Assembly: GCF_036274455.1 (NCBI RefSeq)
Contig: NZ_DASUFR010000076.1
Span: 6,290-70,289 of the forward strand
From: Nocardioides sp.
GTDB taxonomy: Bacteria; Actinomycetota; Actinomycetes; Propionibacteriales; Nocardioidaceae
Length of the DNA: 64,000 nucleotides
Direction: 5' to 3'
In this document: positions 56,895 through 64,000 of the stretch, in pieces
Layout of the letters: each line of letters begins with the position of its first letter
Numbering within the stretch: the stretch's first letter is position 1
Made by a program: the position numbers and the translations under genes
The notes under the pieces: model-generated
Seen by the model: the letters and a program-made list of their open reading frames with translations, nothing else
The model's database searches: none
Told to the model about the DNA's origin: nothing

Positions 56895-59860
56895 CGACGC
56901 TCCTCCTCGACCAGTCCCTCGCACGCGCCGAGCGCGAGCTCCGCTCCCGCGTGGACGGCGAGGTCTGCTTCGACGCCGGCACCCGCGCGGCGTACTCCAC
57001 CGACGCGTCGAACTTCCGGCAGGTGCCGATCGCCGTGGTCCAGCCGCGCACCGTAGAGGCGGTTGTCGAGGCGGTTGCGGTCTGCCACGGGCACGGCCTC
57101 CCGGTCGTGTCCCGTGGGGGCGGCACCAGCCTGGCCGGGCAGTGCACCAACGAGGCCGTGGTCATCGACCTCTCCCGGCACTGCCACCGCCTGGTGTCGG
57201 TCGACGTCGAGCGGCGCCGCTGCGTGGTGGAGCCGGGCATCGTGCTCGACTCGCTCAACGCGCAGCTCGAACCCGCCGGCCTGCGGTTCGGGCCGGAGCC
57301 GGCCACCCATCCCAACTGCACGCTCGGCGGGATGATCGGCAACAACTCCTGCGGGGCCACCGCCCAGCGCACCGGGAAGGTCGTCGACAACGTCGTCTCG
57401 CTCGAGGTCCTGCTGCACGACGGCACCCGGTTCACCGCGCGCCAGCTGGACGACGACGAGTACGCCGAGGTGGCGGCGCGTGGCGACCGGGTGGCCGAGC
57501 TGCACCGGATCCTGCGCCGGCTCCGCGACGACCACGCCGACCTGATCCGGCAGCGCTACCCGGACATCCCGCGCCGCGTCTCCGGCTACAACCTCGACTC
57601 GCTGCTGCCCGAGCACGGCTTCGACGTGGCCGGCTTCCTGGTCGGCAGCGAGGCGACGCTCGTCACCGTCCTGCGGGCCGAGCTCGAGCTGGTCCCCGTG
57701 GTCAGGGCCCGGACGCTGGTGGTGCTGGGGTTCCCCGACGTCTGCACCGCCGCGGACGCCGTGCCCGCCATCGTCGAGCACGAGCCGATCGCGCTCGAGG
57801 GGCTGGACAGGTACCTCATCCGCGACGAGCAGCTCAAGGGCATGAACCACGACGCCCTCGACGAGCTCCCCGACGGCACCGGCTTCCTCATGGTCCAGTT
57901 CGGCGGCGAGGACGCCGACGAGGCCGACGACCGGGCCCACCGGATGCTCACCGCGATCGGCGACAGCGAGCACGACCCCACCGTGGCCTTCCTCGACGAC
58001 CCCAGGCACGAGGACGAGCTCTGGGCGGTCCGCGAGGCCGGGCTCGGTGCCACCGCCCACGTGCCCCACAAACCCGACACGTTCGAGGGCTGGGAGGACT
58101 CCGCCGTCCCGGTCGAGCGGCTCGGCGACTACCTGCGCGACCTGCGCGGGCTGTACGCCGAGTTCGGCTACGTCACCGACACCGGGCCTGCCCTCTACGG
58201 CCACTTCGGCCAGGGCTGCGTGCACACCCGGATCCCGTTCGACCTCTACTCCACGGAGGGTGTCGGGACCTACCGGCGGTTCATGGAGCGCGCGGCCGAC
58301 CTCGTGGCCTCCTACGGCGGGTCCCTGTCCGGTGAGCACGGCGACGGGCAGAGCCGCGGCGAGCTGCTGCGGCGGATGTTCGGCGACGAGGTGGTCCGGC
58401 TCTTCGAGGAGGTCAAGGCCGCCTTCGACCCCGACCACCTGATGAACCCCGGCAAGGTCGTCGCACCGGCCGCGCTGGACGAGCACCTCCGCCTCGGCGG
58501 CGACTGGGCACCTCGGCAGCCGCTCCCGCTGCACTTCGACTTCCCCGAGGACGGCCACTCCTTCGCCGAGGCGGCCAACCGGTGCGTCGGGGTCGGGAAG
58601 TGCCGGCAGCACGGGCACGACGCCGGCCAGGTGATGTGTCCGTCGTACCAGGCGACCGGCGACGAGCGGCACTCCACCCGCGGCCGGGCCCGGCTGCTGT
58701 TCGAGATGCTCGACGGGCACGGCGACGGGCCGATCAAGGACGGGTGGCGCTCGCAGGACGTGCTCGAGGCACTCGACCTGTGCCTGGCCTGCAAGGGCTG
58801 CAAGTCCGACTGCCCGGCCAACGTCGACATGGCGACCTACAAGGCCGAGTTCCTCGCCCAGCACTACCGGCACCGGCTGCGCCCGCGCGCCGACTACGTG
58901 ACCGGCTGGCTGCCGGCGGCCGCCCGGGCCGTCGACCTGCTGGGCGCCGCCCGCGTGGTCAACGGCCTGGCGCGCGTCACGCCGGTGCGGAGGCTGGGCT
59001 CCCGGCTGGCGGGCCTCGAGGACCGGGACCCGCCCGAGCTCGCCAGCCCCACGCTCCGGTCGTGGTGGAGGCGCCGCACGCCGGTCAAGGGGTGGCCGGC
59101 GACGCAGGGGCGGGTGCTGCTCTTCCCCGACACGTTCACCAACTACTTCCACCCGCACGTCGGCCGCGCGGCGGTCGAGGTCCTGGAGGCAGCCGGCTGG
59201 GAGGTCGAGCTGCCGACAGAGCCGCTCTGCTGCGGGCTCACCTGGATCTCCACCGGCCAGCTCGACGTGGCGAAGCGGAGGCTGCGGCGCACCGTCGACG
59301 CCCTCGCACCCCACGTCCGCCACGGTGGGCTGGTCGTCGGTCTCGAGCCCAGCTGCACGTCGGTGCTGCGGGCCGACGCCAAGGAGCTGTTCTCCGGCGA
59401 CCTCGACGTCGACCGGCTCAAGGACCACACCGTGACGCTGGCCGAGCTGCTCACCCGGCACACCGACGGCTGGGACCCACCCCGCCTCGACGGCACCCGC
59501 GGGCTGGCCCAGGTGCACTGCCACCAGCACGCCGTCCTCGGCTGGGACGCCGACCGCGAGCTGCTGGCGAGCGCCGGGGCCGGGGTCGAGCGACTCGACT
59601 CCGGCTGCTGCGGGCTGGCCGGCAACTTCGGCTTCACCGCCGGCCACGGCGAGGTGAGCGAGGCCTGTGCCGAGCAGGTGCTCCTGCCCCGCCTGCGTGC
59701 CGCCGAGGAGGGCACCGTCGTGCTGGCGGACGGTTTCTCGTGCCGCACCCAGATCCACCAGCTCGACAGCGGGGGGCACGAGGGCCGCCACCTCGCGGAG
59801 CTGCTCGCCGCGCACCTCCCGCCATCCGCAGGACGTCCACCCGAAAGGAGCACCCGATGA
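56891..59860 (+). CDS. FAD-binding and Fe-S (GlcD/GlcF-like fusion) oxidoreductase
   Basis: RGGGTSLAGQ, GGMIGNN, SGEHGDG, CVGVGKC, CLACKGCKSDCP, CCG motifs. Confidence 0.93.
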   Translation: MTTLLLDQSLARAERELRSRVDGEVCFDAGTRAAYSTDASNFRQVPIAVVQPRTVEAVVEAVAVCHGHGLPVVSRGGGTSLAGQCTNEAVVIDLSRHCHRLVSVDVERRRCVVEPGIVLDSLNAQLEPAGLRFGPEPATHPNCTLGGMIGNNSCGATAQRTGKVVDNVVSLEVLLHDGTRFTARQLDDDEYAEVAARGDRVAELHRILRRLRDDHADLIRQRYPDIPRRVSGYNLDSLLPEHGFDVAGFLVGSEATLVTVLRAELELVPVVRARTLVVLGFPDVCTAADAVPAIVEHEPIALEGLDRYLIRDEQLKGMNHDALDELPDGTGFLMVQFGGEDADEADDRAHRMLTAIGDSEHDPTVAFLDDPRHEDELWAVREAGLGATAHVPHKPDTFEGWEDSAVPVERLGDYLRDLRGLYAEFGYVTDTGPALYGHFGQGCVHTRIPFDLYSTEGVGTYRRFMERAADLVASYGGSLSGEHGDGQSRGELLRRMFGDEVVRLFEEVKAAFDPDHLMNPGKVVAPAALDEHLRLGGDWAPRQPLPLHFDFPEDGHSFAEAANRCVGVGKCRQHGHDAGQVMCPSYQATGDERHSTRGRARLLFEMLDGHGDGPIKDGWRSQDVLEALDLCLACKGCKSDCPANVDMATYKAEFLAQHYRHRLRPRADYVTGWLPAAARAVDLLGAARVVNGLARVTPVRRLGSRLAGLEDRDPPELASPTLRSWWRRRTPVKGWPATQGRVLLFPDTFTNYFHPHVGRAAVEVLEAAGWEVELPTEPLCCGLTWISTGQLDVAKRRLRRTVDALAPHVRHGGLVVGLEPSCTSVLRADAKELFSGDLDVDRLKDHTVTLAELLTRHTDGWDPPRLDGTRGLAQVHCHQHAVLGWDADRELLASAGAGVERLDSGCCGLAGNFGFTAGHGEVSEACAEQVLLPRLRAAEEGTVVLADGFSCRTQIHQLDSGGHEGRHLAELLAAHLPPSAGRPPERSTR

Positions 59861-61644
59861 CCACCGTTGCCGACCAGCTGCTGTCCAGGTTGAGGGAATG
59901 GGGGGTCGAGCAGGTCTTCGGCTACCCCGGCGACGGGATCAACGGGATCCTCGGCGCGTTCTCCCGGGCCGGAGACCAGCCGCGGTTCATCCAGAGTCGG
60001 CACGAGGAGATGAGCGCCTTCGAGGCGGTCGGGTTCGCGAAGTTCGGCGATCGCCCCGGCGTCTGCATGGCCACCTCCGGACCGGGGGCGATCCACCTCC
60101 TCAACGGTCTCTACGACGCCAAGCTCGACCATGTCCCGGTCGTGGCCATCGTGGGCCAGACCAACCGGACCGCGATGGGCGGCAACTACCAGCAGGAGGT
60201 GGACCTGCTCAGCCTGTTCAAGGACGTCGCCAGCGACTACGTGCAGATGGTGACCGTGCCCGAGCAGCTGCCCAACGTTGTGGACAGGGCGATGCGGATC
60301 GCGATGACCCGGCACGCTCCGACCGCGCTGATCATCCCCAACGACGTCCAGGAGCTGGACTACTCCGCGCCCACGCACGCGTTCAAGATGGTGCCCTCGA
60401 GCCTGGGCATGACCTGGCCGCGTAGCGCGGGCGCTGCTGACGCCGTGGCCCGGGCGGCCGAGCTCCTGAACGCCGGCTCCAGGGTCGCCGTCCTCGTCGG
60501 CCAGGGCGCCCGTGGCGCCGAGGCCGAGCTGCGACAGGTGGCCGACCTGCTCGGCGCCGGCGTGGCCAAGGCGCTGCTCGGCAAGGACGTGCTGAGCGAC
60601 GAGCTGCCCTGGGTGACCGGCTCGATCGGGCTGCTCGGCACCCGGCCGAGCTACGAGATGATGCGGGGCTGCGACACCCTGCTGACCGTCGGGTCCAACT
60701 TCCCGTACACGCAGTTCATGCCGGAGCTCGACCAGGCGCGCGCGGTCCAGATCGACATCGACGGCACCATGATCGGGATGCGCTACCCCTACGAGGTCAA
60801 CCTCGTGGGCGACGCCGCGGCCACCCTGCGCGAGCTGATCCCTCTCCTCGAGCGCAAGGAGGACCGCTCCTGGCAGGAGAAGATCATCGCGGACGTCGAG
60901 CGCTGGTGGGACACGATGGAGCGCGAGGCGCGCGTGTCGGCCGCCCCGGTCAACCCGATGCGGATCTTCAGCGAGTTCTCGGTCGAGGCGCCGCACGACG
61001 CGATGATCGCCGCGGACAGCGGGTCGGCGGCGAACTGGTACGCCCGCCAGGTCCGGATGCGGGGTGCGATGCGCGGCACCCTGTCGGGCACGCTCGCCAC
61101 GATGGGACCCGCGGTGCCCTACGCCATCGGCGCCAAGTTCGCCCACCCCGACCGCCCGGCGATCGCCTTCGAGGGCGACGGGGCCATGCAGATGAACGGG
61201 TTGGCCGAGCTGATCACCGTCGCCCGCTACTGGTCGGAGTGGAGCGACCCGCGGCTCGTGGTGGCCGTGCTGCACAACAACGACCTCAACCAGGTGACCT
61301 GGGAGCTGCGGGCGATGGGCGGGACGCCGAAGTTCGTGGAGTCGCAGGCGCTGCCCGACGTGTCGTACGCCGGGTTCGCCGCCTCGGTGGGGCTCGGCGC
61401 GCTCACCATCACCGACCCGGACGAGCTGGCCGGAGCGTGGAAGACGGCGCTCACCGCCGACCGCCCCTACGTCCTGGACATCCACTGCGACCCCGACGTG
61501 CCGCCGATCCCCCCGCACGCGGACCTCGCGCAGATGAAGGCGACGGCGCAGGCGCTCATCAAGGGCGACACCAGCCGGTGGGGTGTCATCCGGGAGGGGA
61601 TCAAGACCAAGGCGCAGGAGCTGTTCTCCAGCGACGACTCGTGA
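59857..61644 (+). CDS. Thiamine pyrophosphate-dependent enzyme (pyruvate oxidase-like)
   Basis: FGYPGDGING, RHEE, TSGPGAIH, GDGAMQMNG..NN. Confidence 0.93.
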   Translation: MTTVADQLLSRLREWGVEQVFGYPGDGINGILGAFSRAGDQPRFIQSRHEEMSAFEAVGFAKFGDRPGVCMATSGPGAIHLLNGLYDAKLDHVPVVAIVGQTNRTAMGGNYQQEVDLLSLFKDVASDYVQMVTVPEQLPNVVDRAMRIAMTRHAPTALIIPNDVQELDYSAPTHAFKMVPSSLGMTWPRSAGAADAVARAAELLNAGSRVAVLVGQGARGAEAELRQVADLLGAGVAKALLGKDVLSDELPWVTGSIGLLGTRPSYEMMRGCDTLLTVGSNFPYTQFMPELDQARAVQIDIDGTMIGMRYPYEVNLVGDAAATLRELIPLLERKEDRSWQEKIIADVERWWDTMEREARVSAAPVNPMRIFSEFSVEAPHDAMIAADSGSAANWYARQVRMRGAMRGTLSGTLATMGPAVPYAIGAKFAHPDRPAIAFEGDGAMQMNGLAELITVARYWSEWSDPRLVVAVLHNNDLNQVTWELRAMGGTPKFVESQALPDVSYAGFAASVGLGALTITDPDELAGAWKTALTADRPYVLDIHCDPDVPPIPPHADLAQMKATAQALIKGDTSRWGVIREGIKTKAQELFSSDDS

Positions 61645-62747
61645 GCGACGGCCCGGTCGTCTCCGGGGTGCGCCCATCGGCGTACGAGATCCCGACAGAC
61701 GTGCCGGAGGCGGACGGCACCCTGGAGTGGGACAGCACCACGCTGGTCCTGGTTGAGGTCGACGGTGCCGGGCGCACCGGTATCGGCTGGACCTACGCGC
61801 CCTCCGCCGCGGCCGTGGTGGTGGAGGACCTGCTCGGCCCGGCCGTGACGGGCCGCTGCGCACTGGACGTGGAGGCCGCCTGGTCGGCGATGGTGCGGGC
61901 GGTTCGCAACGCCGGACGGCCAGGGCTGGTGGGCATGGCGCTGTCCGCGGTCGACATCGCGCTGTGGGACCTCGCGGGCAGGCTGCTGGAGCAGTCGCTC
62001 CCGGAGCTGTGGGGGGCCACGCCGGCGTCGGTCGAGCTCTACGGCAGCGGCGGCTTCACGTCCTACGACCACGACCGGCTGGACGCGCAGGTCGCGGGCT
62101 GGCTGGAGGCCGGCTTCGACAAGGTGAAGATCAAGATCGGTGAGTCGTGGGGGAGCCGGGTCGAGCGCGACCTGGCCCGGACCGCACAGGTCCGCCGGCT
62201 CGCCGACGAATCTACGTCAGAGCCTGTCGAGGTCTTCGTCGACGCCAACGGCGGCTACGGCCGGGACCAGGCGTGCGAGGTGGGGACCCGCCTCGACGAC
62301 CTCGGCGTGAGCTGGTTCGAAGAGCCGGTGAGCTCCGACGACCACGACGGGCTCGACGCCGTCCGGAGCTCGGTCCGCGCCGACGTCGCCGCAGGGGAGT
62401 ACGGCTCCGACCTCGCCTACGCCGTCCACCTGGCCCCGCACGTCGACTGCTTGCAGCTCGACGTGACCCGGTGCGGCGGCTACACCGAGTGGCGGCGGAT
62501 CGCCGCCGACCCGGCGCTGGCCGGCACCGACCTGTCCGGCCACTGTGCGCCGTACCTCTCCCTGCCCGTCGCTGCCGTCACCCCGCGGCTGCGGCACGTG
62601 GAGTACTTCCACGACCACGTGCGCGTCGAGCGCAGCCTGTTCGACGGGTGGGCGGAGCCGCACGGCGGCCGGCTGCTGGCACCGAGCGCGCCCGGGCACG
62701 GGCTCACCGTCCGAGCCCGGGACGCGGCGCGCCACCGGGTCCGCTGA
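61641..62747 (+). CDS. Mandelate racemase/muconate-lactonizing (enolase superfamily) protein
   Basis: KVKIK, VDANG, WFEEP, AGEY, QLDVTRCGG. Confidence 0.9.
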   Translation: MSDGPVVSGVRPSAYEIPTDVPEADGTLEWDSTTLVLVEVDGAGRTGIGWTYAPSAAAVVVEDLLGPAVTGRCALDVEAAWSAMVRAVRNAGRPGLVGMALSAVDIALWDLAGRLLEQSLPELWGATPASVELYGSGGFTSYDHDRLDAQVAGWLEAGFDKVKIKIGESWGSRVERDLARTAQVRRLADESTSEPVEVFVDANGGYGRDQACEVGTRLDDLGVSWFEEPVSSDDHDGLDAVRSSVRADVAAGEYGSDLAYAVHLAPHVDCLQLDVTRCGGYTEWRRIAADPALAGTDLSGHCAPYLSLPVAAVTPRLRHVEYFHDHVRVERSLFDGWAEPHGGRLLAPSAPGHGLTVRARDAARHRVR

Positions 62748-62773
62748 GCGTGTGGGGCGGTCTTTGACTCTTC

Positions 62774-63037
62774 TGACGGATCCGTGGGTGCCCGCGCGCC
62801 TACCGGATCGCCACCAGCCCCCGTCGGTGGGTTTGCGGAGGCAGATCGGCACCTGGTGCCGGAGAACCTCGGCAAAGCCCGGGTCCACCGGATGTGCGGC
62901 GTGCTACGCGCGCGGCCGCCCACCCGCCCACCCACGGATGCGGCACAAGAGCCGCAAATTCGTCACCAGGAGCCAAGGATGTGGGCAAATCCGTTGTGAC
63001 GCGATCCGGGAGGCGCGCGGGCATCCACGGTCCGTCA
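62774..63037. repeat. About 260-bp element with about 40-bp imperfect terminal inverted repeats (MITE-like)
   Basis: Left TGACGGATCCGTGGGTGCCCGCGCGCCTACCGGATCGC vs reverse complement of right arm TGACGGACCGTGGATGCCCGCGCGCCTCCCGGATCGC. Confidence 0.8.
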
Positions 63038-63100
63038 CCAGGCCGGTTTTCACCTGTCGGGGTGGGCTTCGGCGCGCGACCCGGCGGTCACCGGCCAGTC

Positions 63101-64000
63101 ATGCGAGCAGTCACCTGGCAGGGCACCAAGGACATCCGGGTCGAGCACGTGCCGGACCCGAAGGTCGAGGAGGACACCGACATCGTCATCCGGGTGACGT
63201 CGACCGGGCTGTGCGGCTCCGACCTGCACCTCTACGAGGTCCTGGCGCCGTTCATGGAGCCGGGCGACATCGTCGGCCACGAGCCGATGGGCGTGGTCGA
63301 GGAGGTCGGGCAGGGCATCCACCACCTCGACGTCGGGGACCGCGTGGTCGTCCCGTTCAACGTCTCCTGCGGCCACTGCTGGATGTGCGAGCACCGGCTG
63401 CAGAGCCAGTGTGAGACCACGCAGAACCGCGAGTTCGGCACCGGCGCGAGCCTGCTCGGCTACAGCAAGCTCTACGGCCAGGTGCCGGGTGGCCAGGCGG
63501 AGTACCTCCGGGTGCCGCACGCCGACTACGGCGCGGTCAAGGTGCCCAACGGTCCGGTCGACGACCGCTACCTCTTCCTCAGCGACGTGCTCCCGACCGC
63601 CTGGCAGGCGGTTGAGTACGCCGACATCCCGGACGGCGGCACCGTGCTGGTACTCGGTGCCGGGCCGATCGGCGACATGGCGGCCCGGATCGCCATGCAC
63701 CGCGGCCACCGCACCCTGGTCGCCGACCTCGTCCAGGAGCGGCTGCAGCGGGTGGCCGGCCGTGGCGCGGAGGCCTTCGACGTGACCGGTCTCGATGCCG
63801 CGGGCGTCGCCGAGGTCGTCCGCGACAGGACCGACGGCCGCGGCGCCGACGCCGTCATCGAGGCGGTCGGCATGGAGGCGCACGGCTCCGGTGGGATCAA
63901 GGCGGTGCAGAAGGTGGTCGGCCTGCTCCCGGACCGGCTCGCCGAGCCGCTGATGATGAAGGCCGGCACCGACCGGCTCGAGGCGCTGATCACGGCGTTC
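63101..64000 (+). CDS. Zinc-dependent alcohol dehydrogenase (glutathione-independent formaldehyde dehydrogenase-like), partial
   Basis: Manual translation MRAVTWQG..TGLCGSDLHLY..GHEPMG..CGHCWMC..QC..SDVLPTAWQA..GAGPIG. Confidence 0.92.
   Translation, partial: MRAVTWQGTKDIRVEHVPDPKVEEDTDIVIRVTSTGLCGSDLHLYEVLAPFMEPGDIVGHEPMGVVEEVGQGIHHLDVGDRVVVPFNVSCGHCWMCEHRLQSQCETTQNREFGTGASLLGYSKLYGQVPGGQAEYLRVPHADYGAVKVPNGPVDDRYLFLSDVLPTAWQAVEYADIPDGGTVLVLGAGPIGDMAARIAMHRGHRTLVADLVQERLQRVAGRGAEAFDVTGLDAAGVAEVVRDRTDGRGADAVIEAVGMEAHGSGGIKAVQKVVGLLPDRLAEPLMMKAGTDRLEALITAF

Overview
High-GC actinobacterial chromosome segment (Nocardioides-like, inferred from gene content and style only). It carries serS with HAD/GNAT genes, bpa, three tRNAs (Ser-TGA, Ser-GCT, Arg-ACG), pckG, a CoA-dependent anthranilate/salicylate-type catabolic cluster with PaaX, an ECF41 (SigJ)/CMD pair, paaK and paaZ separated by two type VII secretion-like substrates, a selenocysteine-type formate dehydrogenase operon ending in selD, treYZ and a stress-type oxidoreductase cluster. 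No integrase, transposase or CRISPR was seen. The most interesting unexplained locus is 11.2-14.8 kb. Two 46-aa signal-peptide-bearing micropeptides (missed or mis-started by the ORF track), both with HxVS[RK] and a near-terminal Trp, flank a TrmB/LuxR-type regulator and an XRE-HTH+TPR (RRNPP-like) regulator. A recurring TTGC-n-AA-n-TGC motif sits around them and C6-loop RNA structures follow each peptide gene, so this is a candidate actinobacterial peptide-signalling circuit. Coordinates were counted by hand and may be off by a base or two. No database searches or folding programs were run.
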